Assembly (NCBI GenBank): GCA_977030845.1
Contig: OZ365117.1
Span: forward strand, 3,410,001 to 3,474,000
Direction: 5' to 3'
Source of the DNA: Fimbriosthenelais zetlandica
Taxonomy: Eukaryota
DNA length: 64,000 nt
Under the pieces are notes generated by a model. It ran no database searches, had not been told where the DNA came from, and worked only from the letters and a program-made list of their open reading frames with translations. Position 1 is the first letter of the stretch; every line of letters starts with the position of its first letter. Made by a program: the position numbers and the translations under genes. Below are positions 38,431 through 50,412 of the stretch, one piece after another.

Positions 38431-40875
38431 ACGAACTAGGAATGAAGTTGCACGTCTCTAGCTAAGTCACTTTGATGCTCGGTAATCCAATAAGTCAGGT
38501 ATGTAGGATATAAGTCCAATATAAGTCAGGTATATATGATATAAGTCCAGTGCGCCTACTTTTCCCTTCTTTGACTCCTCAGGGACAGCTACCTCCCTCT
38601 CCCCCTCCTACTCCTTGCTGGGGGAGGTCAGCTGTAGGAATAGCTGGTGTAGCAGACAAGAGTGCCTCATCCCTCCTCCCCATCCCCTCCTCCTCCTCCC
38701 CTCCCTGCTGCTCCACCTACAAGGCCAGTACCACACTACCAACTTTTCACCGAAAACAGCAACACATCTCACCTCATCATCATTTAGCACTTAATGTATG
38801 GACGCTATGCTGGTCGAGTGGTCTAGACTGGGATTTTAATGGGTTCTATATTATAGTCCAGTTTGTAATCATGTTATAATGCTATATGTAGATCGTTCCA
38901 GTCAAAAGATATGGATACAGATTCATTATAAAAGCAAATAACTTACAATGTATCTTGCATCTCCCATAAACATACTGACCTTCAACAAAAATACTGAATA
39001 ATATATGTGAGAGACGAGGCATAAAAAGTCCACACTCACCAATACCAAAAAAAAATTTTTTTCATGTTAAACCAACATCCAATTTAGGGTGGTCTGGTAT
39101 AATATTGAATGGAATTTTGATACCCAAAAATACTGAATAAGACAAATAAAGATGTCCATATCAGGGGCAGAGATAGATGTAGAGCAGTTCTCTAGCCTCA
39201 AATACAATCTCTGCCCTATGAATCAGCACTGCGTCCTAATGGAATAAAGGTTCCGAGCAAGGGTTGGGTCGAACCTTAAAAGCCCCATTGACAATGGAGA
39301 TGCCTTCATCTGCGAGTATTGACAAGTTAATGCCAGTTTGGGGACTCAAGAGGGCAGTGCTGTCAATGATGTAAAGACACAGTCATCCTATGACTGACAT
39401 GGTGAAGCTCCAATCACGTTAAAAGCAATGTGACCATCTCCTGTATTTGCGAGCATTCTAAGAGTGATACACCAACATTTAGCCTCAGGAAGCTCTTGTA
39501 TAACCTCTCATCATGTGCTTACATGAAGGCTCATATAATACATTGACTGGGCTAATTCTAACCACAAATCTTTTTTAGCAAAAAGTGCTAAAGACACCAA
39601 ATTTCTTTTAGCAATTTGCAGTTGGCGTAAGCAGATGTCAATTAGAAGGAATGTGTGATTTTCATTTCGCAAAATTAGCGAATAACAGTCATTTTCTTTT
39701 AGCAAGTAGCATTTTTATTCGCAAATTGCGACAGTGCGATCGGGTAGAGCGAGCCCAGATTGAACAATAGTGTATAATGTAAAGCAATGTAAACACTGAA
39801 TGAAGGGAGGAACGATCGCTCACTGGACGTAACCACCTCGTCTGCTACAGATTAGATAATTAGCAGAGAGTAATCAAGTGTTGCCAGGAGACGTTTAGAG
39901 AGCGCTAATTACAAAGTGTTAAGGGTCTCTTCTACTCCTTAGCAAGAACCAGACCAGTGTATTAGTGCGCAGGTTCAGGAGTATGAAGACAATAGGCGCT
40001 CCATCATGACATTAAATTTCAAAATTAAACTTTGTAGATCTTCGATGCCATCCGATGCAGCAGGGGAAAAATGTTTCAACAATTTTAGATTCTTGCCACT
40101 CTTTTGGAACTTTTGCGACTGAGGGATTAGCGCTGCTAGAGTCGCATGCACATAGAGGTGCGACTATATACCATGGATGCATACCATACTAAATGATGCT
40201 TGCGATCTCCAGAACAGATCCAGAAAAGTTGCAACGAAAATCACTGAAGACCCAGTGGAATCACTGAATCAGTGGAGCTACCCTATAATAAACAGGCGTA
40301 ATATAGCAGGGTATATACAAATAAAGATTCACATTAAAGACACCTAACATTGCCTTAACACGAGACGAGCATGAAGCTGGAGTCAACGACATGTCGCCCT
40401 GTCCCACAGGCATTATACCAATCATTTGTACAAGAGTCATGCATTATTCAAACCCTATTTGTCCCAGTTCAACTTCTATTCATTGTAACTGGTAGACTCC
40501 CAACACAAGCCTGCCGTCATGATGTCCCACCTCCCACAGTCCACCTCCCACAGTCAGCATGGAAATGGAGATTGATTGGACTCCAACAAAAAAAAATATA
40601 TTGTCACTCTACCCTCGACAATTCGCAATCCTGACAGGATTTCTTGGAGGGAAAAGATGAATTGCAACCACTATGAATCTATGATTGGACAGGAGGAACA
40701 TATGCTGTGAAATATAAAAGATGATATTGCTCCCGATGATCTGAGAGCTTTTTTTCTGGTTATGAATGATTTAGAAGTTGGAATGCACGCAATTAGCATA
40801 AATCTAGCTGTTATTGGTGGAACAGAAGGTAAGACTAGCTGGTCTCTCCACCAGATAGATAGGATGTCCCTTGTT

Positions 40876-41141
40876 CCAACTTAACCCGGTGTCTGGATAC
40901 CATTCCTTATGTTTCTACTGGATCCTTGACGATTGGACACCAGAAAAACTAGACGCCAAACAATTAGACACCAGACTATTACCCGGAAGAGCAACCAGTG
41001 CACTTCCCACAGTGCTTACCTCATACAATTAGACGCAGTATACCTAGACACCGGACAATTAGACACCTAGACACCCCGGCAATTAGACATCAGACAATTG
41101 GACACCAAAAAAAAAATTGACCAAACAATTGGACATCCGGG
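40876..41141 (+). mobile_element. Same GACAATTAGACACC-repeat family, copy B
   Basis: Shared leader, GGATCC at 40920-40925, and two blocks of gacaatt(a/g)gacacc units. Confidence 0.5.
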
Positions 41142-42084
41142 TATCATCAGTTAAAATTAAATAATAGTTTTTTCTATAGTAGGAAAAATAGTAAGACAAC
41201 TATGAGGAGTGGACGGTATAGGTTGTAGAGTTGTATTCCACACACATCTAAGTTTACATTGGGAGGACCAGTCCATCAGCTGTCCAAACCCCTAGTGCTT
41301 TCCCATGGCCTCAGAAACGACCATCACGCTAATGTGAGCCGTGTTCTCAGTCAACTGGGGGCAATATTAGCACCGTTTCCTCACTGGTCAATGGTGGGAT
41401 GGACCTCACCAATATTGACCCACACAAATTTGGGGCCTGACAGTGACACTTAGTCGCTATAGGTCTTATAGACGGAGAGAAGGCAAGCCAGGGTAGAGAT
41501 TTGTATTGTCTACAGAGTATCAAGTACAAGGATAACAGTCTGAAAGGTGGCCCGGAATGACATTATTACTTATCATTATAAATGCCCCTGGGGCTTTAAT
41601 TATAAGAATGCTTTAGTCTATGGTTATCAAACAGGTCTTTTATAGGATGGTTGCATTAGTGACTTTCGCCTGAATGTGAGACAGCATCCTGCAAAGCTGA
41701 TACCTGCTTCTTTGTTAAACTTTCCAATAGACTTTAACATTGAAAAAAAGAAGAAACAAGTCCCGGGTTTAGTAAGCGACACGGTCATTAAGTGAGGTTA
41801 CATTTTATAAAGTAATGATTCAGTAAGGCATTTCTCAAAGTCTTGTCACTGAATTTAAGAGTGAAAGTAAAGTCAGCCCCGAGCTGGGCAAGAAAAAGAT
41901 GGCATCAAGAAATATGACCCAAACTAATTACTAGCAATCAAGTGGAGGTTTTGACATGCAGCAATCAGGCCAAGAGACATGATCCCAGAGTGATCAGTGA
42001 AACGCTTCAGGTGAAGGCCGTGAGGGGTGCAGCACACGTTCACATTACATCTCACATTGCTGAGGCCTTTAACGTCAATGCCAT

Positions 42085-42432
42085 ATTAACCTCCATGAAG
42101 GTGCAGGTCATGTTCTCAGCACCGTCGGTTTGTGTGTCTGTTAGCAAGATAATTTTAAAACTTATAGGCGGATCTCGATGAAATTTTCAAGACATGTCCA
42201 ACAGGTGATAAGGAACAACCGATTAATTTTTCGGGAAAATTTGACCAGGAGTTTATAGAGTAAACGTAACTTGAAAATCAGCTTAAAATTTATGTCTACA
42301 ATCGCAGACAACGCCATGATGACGAAACAGGAAGTGACGTGATCATGTGGGAGGGGATTCCATCAGGGCTCCCAATGGGGGATCCCCCTCAGATTGACAG
42401 AGGTCTGTGTCCTTAGAGTGCTGCTTATATTT
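42085..42432 (+). mobile_element. Non-autonomous Helentron-associated element (HINE/DINE-1-like)
   Basis: 5' end attaacctccatgaaggtgcaggtcatgttctc...gtgtgtctgttagcaagat; core cggatctcgatgaaattttc...aaggaacaaccgattaattttt; 3' end gacagaggtctgtgtccttagagtgc followed by a T-run. This matches the remembered layout of attacctccgccaaggaggttatgtttt...ggcggaggtctgcgctctcygagtgc elements. Confidence 0.6.
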
Positions 42433-44787
42433 TTTTTATTTGTTTCATTGGCGTTAAATTTCGCAGCAGCCAGGATCATGTATACAGCAGTGAGGCCACC
42501 TTTTCACAATGTTTCAAGAGGCACGACCCAAAATAAATTTCAAATGATGGGATGCCTTCAAGTAAGAACTGTATGGTAGCATCATTAGAGAGGATCTCAC
42601 ATTTCTTTGACGTGAGATGGTTTCAAATTGATTCAAAAGAAGGTATAGGTTCAATCTGACTGATTAGACACGCCTTCTGTGTCATCTCTGTCTTATTGAT
42701 AATATAAGGAAATAGGGAATGTATGGTATTTTTAATACTTGTAGAAAGCCACAGTAAGGCAGGAACCTGATGCCACTGATGGCTCTCTCCACCTTCAGGC
42801 TCATTTTACACATCCTCATGAAGTCATTAGTTGCCAGGTCCCACCTGCTATTCTGTCAAATGAAAAAAAACGAGATCTAAAAACTCTTCATTATACTCTA
42901 GAGGTTGTAGCTTCCACCATTGAATATAATTGTGAAATTATAATTATCAATTATTTCTTACTCATGAATACAACTGCCAATTGACCAGGCACAATCTGGT
43001 ACTGGCATAAATACAGCTGAGTGTATAGAACAATACTAAATACAAGAAATATCACCAGTTTACTATCTAGAGGATTACCTTCCACTGTCTTATCTGAGTT
43101 TGTGTAAACAGAAAAACTGGGTTGCAGCGAGCAGGTTCAAAAACCGACCCCTGAAGACCTGGCGGTCATATTGGCAGCCGTTACGGCGTTTTTGTGATTT
43201 ATTAAGCAGTATACCTTATCAAGGAAACATTTATGACATTCAATCTAGTTACCAACAAGATTTATGACATCTCCTGAGGCTAAGTCCCAAACTCGGACTT
43301 CACTTGCAAGGAAAACCATTACCTTAAACCCAAGCCTTATCAGCATATCCCAGAAAGCATTTGTTAAACCGGAATTTGGCGGAGTTCAGATGGCACGACT
43401 GGACGCGTTGACGTGGCAATCTCTCGTCCTAAACGAGATAGTACGAGACTTTGGAGAAGGATTGAGGAATGAGTCCAGAGGGTATTTAGCTAGGGACTGA
43501 TATTTAGTGAAATGTATGAAGGCCTTGTATTTCTCTCACTGATATGCCTATCATGGAGTGAGATCTTCCGAATATTGGTCTTTGGAATATCGGTCGCTGA
43601 ACTCAGGATTTATTTCAATCAAGTTTTCAGTTCAGCCTCAGAGATTTGTATTTGAATGACGGTATCAATAACCCTATCACTCTACTACTATCTCCTGTCC
43701 TGAATAAGAAGACCCCGATTGCTGCAACATTAAATACCAATCAAAATCCCCAGCATTACAATTCTGACAGTCTGCATAGCACATGGAATCAAACAAGCGT
43801 TCCACCATCCAGTGGCTAGCTACCATATGCTACTGTGACTCGCTGCGTCAGGTCTGCCAACATTTAACACTTAAACAGGTCCAGTGGTAGTAGTACAACC
43901 TTTAGAATGGTCACAGTTAAGACTAACAGTGAATAATACATGAAGTTTGATGAGAAGCCGGGACATTTGTATGGTAAAGCTGTAGCCAGGCCTGGGGCCG
44001 GCTGCTTCATGCCACTCCCACCCATCCCAGTTACACTGATATAAAAATGGTCCGGGTGGGACCAAGAATAGAAGACCCTTAAATCCTGATAAAAGTTAGC
44101 CTCGGGAGATAGATTTTACAACTGGAAATGGAAAAGTCCTCGCACAATTAAAGGATAGAGAAACTTTGGGAAATTTTTGACCAGATTAAAAATACAACAC
44201 ACGTTAAAAATACAGCGCATAGAAGGAGAATATATAAGAAACATCTCCAATTATTAGTGGGAATATTATAAAAGATTATGGTGATGTTAATGATTGTTAT
44301 TTGGTTCTCATCCCGAAATGAGGACAATAATATATATGAGAGCTTCTCATTTTACGTTTTGATGTAGGAGCTAATTTACTCAGTACATCACACAGTGAGA
44401 AGACTTCTCTCCCCAGCTTGTGAAGTAAGGGAGAAAAAGGCAGGTGGTGCGGGAGGAAGATCACAGCCCAGTCTGGTTTTCTCCGCCTGTGCTTTACTCT
44501 CAGTGTAAGCTCCAGTGTAATGGGTTTTACCCTCATTCTCTCCCCACCACCTGCTGCTCCTCTACAGCTACATTTCATCACTTCTATTCCCCTCAGTTCA
44601 GTCTACATTCTCTTACATGATTATGTTGTGAATCGCAATGATTTCTTGATGCCAAGAGTGAAAAGGTAAATCTGTATGTCAAAACTTTCAAATGTGATTT
44701 CAAGTGAGGAGAGGCTGAGGACAAGATGCTTGTGGAGGGAACCAGCACCATGAATGGATTGTACAGCTTTACCAAGCAACATCAACA

Positions 44788-44817
44788 GTTGCCATGGTAA
44801 CTGCTGCCCTCTGGTGG
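44788..44817. promoter_or_regulatory. Perfect X-box abutting a CTCF-type motif
   Basis: GTTGCCATGGTAAC at 44788-44801 and CCACCAGAGGGCAG on the minus strand at 44804-44817. Motif match only. Confidence 0.45.
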
Positions 44818-45431
44818 TTAGATCCGAAAGAAGACTTTCCCCATGATGGGATAGAAACACCAAGGAAGACTTTCCAAATTAAGAGTTTAGTCCAATTTCG
44901 GGGTCTAACTGCCAATCCCTACAGGATCTATACCAGATTTTAGAAAGCCCTCTTTCATCTGACTCAAAAATGTACATTAGGTAAAGTATATTCTTGAAGA
45001 TAGGACACTTTGGTAGGAATGGAAAAGGACCAAAATACAAATGCCAAGCAAAATTTGTTTCACAATACATGAATAAAACAAAGGGAAGTTACTATAAAGT
45101 AACATGGGGACCATGCTTCATATTGTGTTGGCGATAGTATGGATCGTACTAAATTCACTCCCAGTCTCCCAGACATAGGAATAGATTGTTGCAATCATCA
45201 AGGCAGGGAAAGGGAGGCCCAAAATGCCCCACGTGTGGGAAGGAATCACACAGCCAGTGCCCGACTCTGGCTCCCAGTCAGACACAAATTGGGCGAGAAA
45301 TGCAATACACAGCAGTGGAACATACCAATCAATGAAACTGCCAATCAGGATTGGATTTTGATCTCACGTGCCGACAAAAACTTCCATCAAATGGATTTTG
45401 GCGAGGAGAGCCTTAAGCAGCGCTCATTGGT

Positions 45432-45448
45432 GTCTCCCCCTAGTGGCA
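45432..45448 (-). promoter_or_regulatory. CTCF-type motif
   Basis: Minus strand TGCCACTAGGGGGAGAC, close to the CCACTAGGGGGCG core. Confidence 0.35.
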
Positions 45449-46699
45449 GTCATGGGAACATGAGTGATTTCTCAGGCAATGCTGCCCCCGGGTGGTACAG
45501 GATGAAACTAGTTTAGAGTCCAGAAGGAAAGGTTGTAAATGAGATTAAAGAGACGTTAGTCGGACTTGAGTGAACGAGGAGGGTTTCCACAGAACAACAA
45601 ATGTTTCCTCATCTCGTTACAGGTTCAATATGAGTCGAAGGGTCGGCTGTAAAGAGGAAATGCTTCCCATGACCGCCCAGAGTTGGCTCTACCCGCTCGT
45701 CATTTCACTATGGGGAATGATAACTTTGTGGTCATCAGGCAGCCAGTGGCTCATACATAACATGGTTAAAACATTCTTTAAAAATTCCATTTAAAAGCTG
45801 AGATATTGGCTCTCAAAGTTGGTTGACTAATGTAGTCCAAAAATGATAAATGCTATTCCATTTCCCCTCATAATCATTTGGAAAATCAAATGCATTCTGG
45901 GTGAAATATTCTGTTGGGCTCCCTCTAACCTTGACCTAGATGTCTTCAATAAGAATCACATTTGTTTCAATAAACAGTCTGAAAGGGCAACATTTGGCGT
46001 GCTTCCAAGAGAAACCCCAAAGGAAGAACATTTGAACCGGAATCTTCTCAAATCATGAAACCTGTCATGGCCATTGAGGGGACTATTGTAAATCCTCTCA
46101 ATGAAAGGAACCCTGCTCCATGATGGCCGAGTCACACTGTGCCAAATCTGACAGCCGATGATCACAACAATAAAGCATCGTGTAAACATTGGGCCACTTG
46201 TGAGGGCATATTAAATGGGTCCCAAACACCAGGCCCCGTTGTTGGTTTGGGGCTCTTATTTTCCCAGGTAGTCGGTCCTATTTCTTACCTGCCACACCCA
46301 CATTTCCAGAGTATTTTAACATATTGTCAAGTCGGGGAGGGGTAATGCAACACCGACAAGCTGCCTGTGGACCTAGCACTGAAACAGGAGGCTAGGGTCT
46401 CATCACATCTTCAGCCCGAAGGACAATTCATGCTTGACACCGGAAGCTTCTTTATGGCGCACTTCCGGCTTGGCAGACGCCAGGGCCACCTGTCTGTCAG
46501 CGGTGAAACCAAAGCTGTGTCCCCGGAACCTAACACAGGGCAGTCACGTGACTTAAGATGGGAAAAAACGAGCTTCCGTCATTGAGGTGTTTCAACCTCT
46601 AAGTGGCCCCTGCTCCACCAACCTTGTGTTTTCAAGAGCGCGGTAGAAATAGAAAAGCCCGCTACTTGGTTGCCAAGGCCAGGTGGATTCAATGTAAAG

Positions 46700-46842
46700 G
46701 AAATTTGAAGGGCATCTCAGTTTAAATGTGAACATTCGAGGGACATCTTGTTATAAAAGTGGAAATTTGATCAACATCATAGTTTAAAAGCAGAAAATTG
46801 GTCAACATCACAGATTAAATGTGGAGTATTGAGAGGCATTTC
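46700..46842. repeat. Degenerate minisatellite, 31 bp x about 4.5
   Basis: Units such as gaaatttgaagggcatctcagtttaaatgtg and gaaatttgatcaacatcatagtttaaaagca, with the 31-nt period conserved. Confidence 0.75.
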
Positions 46843-47220
46843 AACCAGCTTATTATCATTATTTTAATTTTCTTTTTAAGTAGCTACCATTCAATAGCCT
46901 TAATTGCATTTGGGCCCCGAGTCAAATAAGTCTGCTTGGGTAGATCCATCTGTCTGCTTTCCCAGGGATCTCACTTGGCGCAGAAGATAAAAGACAAATA
47001 ACACTAGAGCTGGCAGAGACTGTCTTCTTGTCACACCTCATTGACGGATGTAGCAGCGCCATCTACCAGCAGCGTGAACGCTCATTATCTAACATTCTCA
47101 GGGGATGTCTACGTAACAGTGTGAAGCTCTAAAGACGAGAGAAATAACCTGGCAAGTGATACATCCCTCAACCATCCACTACCTTCACATTGGAACCGTT
47201 TGTTAGTTTGTTCAACGAGA

Positions 47221-47276
47221 TTGGTTTGTTTAATGGCGTTTAAAGTCAGTTTCAACAATTTTCCAGTTATATCATA
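47221..47276 (+). repeat. SINE-tail-like dispersed repeat fragment
   Basis: ttggtttgtttaat..tttaaagtcagtttcaacaattttccagttatatcat. A similar copy lies on the minus strand at 49363-49413 and a shorter piece at about 32930-32950. Resembles mollusc tRNA-SINE 3' ends as remembered. Confidence 0.45.
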
Positions 47277-49362
47277 ACAGTGCCTTCTAATGACACTGAG
47301 CCTATGCTCTTTCATATATTTTGCGACTGGTTTCCAGGAAAAAATATGACGATTATAAATAAAAATTGTTCAGTCATTTGGATGATAACTGTAACAGGAC
47401 AACACAATCTAGGATACATTTTCTGGCTATCAGACGGGGGCAGATCTGGGAGCGGGGATATTTTTGCTCACATTTGTAATGAAGGCAGTGTAAGGCAGGA
47501 TTATATGATTAACTGGTATTAGCCGGCGGTTTTGTTTGATGGATGAGGTTCTTATCTCATGTGATCACATTCCCAGCTTTAATGTTGTCACTAGCGGCAA
47601 CACACTCATGTCCGTAAACGAGGCTACAATCCAGCAACAGTCTTTAAAGTAACTTTAAAAATGACTTCAAAGATGTGGTGTAAATACTCAAACCATTTCC
47701 TTCCAATGTTAAATCCAAAGAGCATTCCTCTGAACTAGGAAATGTTTGGAGTTGAAATTAATATGTTATTTAATAAAAGGAAATGTCTTAAACTTCCAAA
47801 TGGCATGACAGTTGCACACTGACTGCATGCAGAACTGTCAGCTGCAAGTTGAAAAAGACGTTTAGCAGGAAATTGGCTGAATCTGTTCAGTTAACTGGTA
47901 ATAAAAGTTCAAATATCTTTCTTGGTTTCAAGTCCCAACATTAATTCTGTAGGGAAACTTTTACTAATTCGCTGTTGACATTTTATAAGTCAGCGAGAAA
48001 GATGTGGCATACAGAAGTAAAATTAAATTCTTCAGATAAAAACTTATAGAAGTCCATCAAGGGCTCTTTGATTTGGCGGGATTGTTTTAGCCAGGAGAGT
48101 AGAATTACGCCTACCAATGTTTAGAATAGCACTCAAGTCATCAATGTATTGTAGCTCAGTGATTACTACGAACACATGTCACCACATATTTGTTGCTCAT
48201 GTGAAATGACTAATAGTATTTGACATGGAAATGGTCTGAGAACGAGACAAAAGCCTCCACTATCTGCAATGAACATACCCTATATGTGAGACACCATATA
48301 TGAGAAGAATGATGATAGCGCAACAGCAATGGCGTCCAAAAAGCGCTATCAATTCTAATGATCCTCATCTGAAAAAGCCTTAGGCCTGTCCTAACACTCG
48401 AGCTTGGTCCATATAAAATATAGAGTGTAAACATTGTCAGTGATCTGTTTGCTGTGATAGATAGTGCCAGTCTGTACAGTGCATGTTTCACCATCACAGT
48501 GTCAAGGGCCCAGGTGTGCCATTATTGATCTTATTGTTGGCCATCCTACACTTGCTTCCCACAGTACATGTTGTCTATTAATTACCAGCTCCCGCCCCAC
48601 ACTTACTATACCTGGCCATTGCATGTCACTCTTCATTTTCATTTCGTATTGAGTGGGGATACTTAGAAGGCTGAGGCCCGTGCACTGACCAGGCGCCTTT
48701 GATGTGAAGATTATGATGTGAGACAGACGAGGCTACTGATGTTGTCAGAGTGGCCAAGACGTGGAAAATTCTAGGCCAATCTTTCGCACCATGCTGCAAC
48801 ATGTTATGGTAATTAATAATAAAGAACCTTGATCTCTCAACCAAAAGTGTTGCTTTCACCGTAACAGTATTCCAAAAATATAAGGTCCTGACAAAGTGTT
48901 GTCAGTGAAAAATGGGATGAAAACAGACATTTTAGCCATCAGTTTGGTGAAAATTGAAGGTCATTTGTATAAAAGCAACGGTAAAATAATGGTGTACATG
49001 GTTTTTCACATACACTGTAACATAATCAACATCATTCACATGGCCATATATTTTGTGAGCAGCCAACACCACCATATATGGTTACTATGTGCATATTCAT
49101 CAAATAGAAGCATTCATTATGGTTGTCTGAGTAGAGACATGAAAGATAAAAAGTTATATTCATGAGGAAGACTCAGACAATGATGAATCTACACCGATGC
49201 ATATTCATAAAAGATAAGTTATCTTTTCTAAAGCCGTGGCATTAAGATACTTTGCTGAATCAGTAATCATATTTTTGTAGGTAGGCAATTCATCATTACT
49301 CTCATATATATAGCATTCAATAGATCGGTCAAAAGGATAGAGCTCACTGTACCAAGTATTAT

Positions 49363-49413
49363 CATGATATAACTGAAAGATTGTTGAGAGTGATATTAAA
49401 TTAAACAAACCAA
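49363..49413 (-). repeat. SINE-tail-like fragment just downstream of the ORF1-like remnant
   Basis: Minus strand ttggtttgtttaatttaatatcactctcaacaatctttcagttatatcatg aligns with 47221-47276. Confidence 0.45.
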
Positions 49414-49584
49414 TTCGAGTTTCGGCATAGTGGAGTCCCTGTATGGAGATGTGGATGAAGCTCTAAGCTGGATGTGTGGGAGAGTGATAAGGGATCTACT
49501 GTCTACAATACGGGGATCAGTAAATTCACACAGAGTTTATCCAACACCTCGTGGATCCCAACCATCTCTCATTCCTTCCCACAT

Positions 49585-50192
49585 TCATTTTATCCATTTA
49601 TTTCCAACTACTTTCGCAGAAACATTCTCCGTGGCTAGAAATTTGGATAGTGACCATAGGTCAGCCCTCCTCTGTCGCAGTTCGGGGGGTAGGTCCTACC
49701 GTTAAAACTTTGTCCTAATCTTGTTACAAAGTCAATGTCCAGTATATCAATTTCAGGCACAAGTTGGGTCAGAATATCATAGACTGCAGAGAGCAGGTCT
49801 TGATTGTTTTCATTTTCATGTTCATATAATCCATTTAACACCAAGTGTTTCTCCCTCCTACTCCGGTCAATGACCAAGCAATAATCCTCTAAATCCCTTA
49901 TTCCAGACTGGAGTTTTGTGTTTTAAAGCTTTAGGTTTTTGACTTCGCATTCTAGTTGGTGGATTACTTTGTCCTGCTTTTTAACCTGCTTTGCCATTTC
50001 AGTAATAGTGTCAGAAGCAAAATTAAAACTTTGAATGAATTCTTTATCTGTGGAAGTGAGATCATACCGTTCTGAGAATGTGGGTTTCTTTGAAAGGTCA
50101 ATTTTTAACTCACTGTGCATTGGGATTTGCGTACATTGTTCCTCATCTGCAACCAATATAGAGAAGTCACCTGGTATGCTCCCCTCTGCCAT
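49585..50192 (-). pseudogene. Decayed LINE ORF1-like (coiled coil + RRM + CTD; Transposase_22/L1-ORF1-type) coding sequence
   Basis: ORFs 49923..50192 and 49635..49877 are in one frame separated by a single TAA. The translation shows a coiled coil (AKQVKKQDKVIHQLECEVKNLKL*NTKLQSGIRDLED), then RSRREKHLVLNGLYEHENENNQDLLSAVYDIL..IDILDIDFVTRLG, and after a frameshift *DLPPELRQRRADLWSLSKFLATENVSAKVVGNKW. This is the usual ORF1 motif order, with the RPIxVKF..YIN segment apparently deleted. Confidence 0.65.
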
Positions 50193-50400
50193 ATTATATG
50201 TTCGTTAGAGGGAAAATATGGAGAAGAAAATTCACATGAATCACAGTAAATCACAGTAAATCCTTCACATCAGAGTAATCCAGACGTGTGACTAGGTAGA
50301 ATCCAGTACCGTTTCTTGATGTTTTGGTGTTATTATCCACAAAAAGAAGTAAAAAAACACTGAAAATGTCAGACCTGGGCAAAAGTGTGTGTCACATACC

Positions 50401-50412
50401 CGCGCATGCGCA
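50401..50412 (-). promoter_or_regulatory. NRF1/EWG-type motif upstream of the LINE-ORF1-like frame
   Basis: Minus strand TGCGCATGCGCG fits YGCGCAYGCGCR and lies about 210 nt upstream of the ATG at 50192. Confidence 0.35.
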
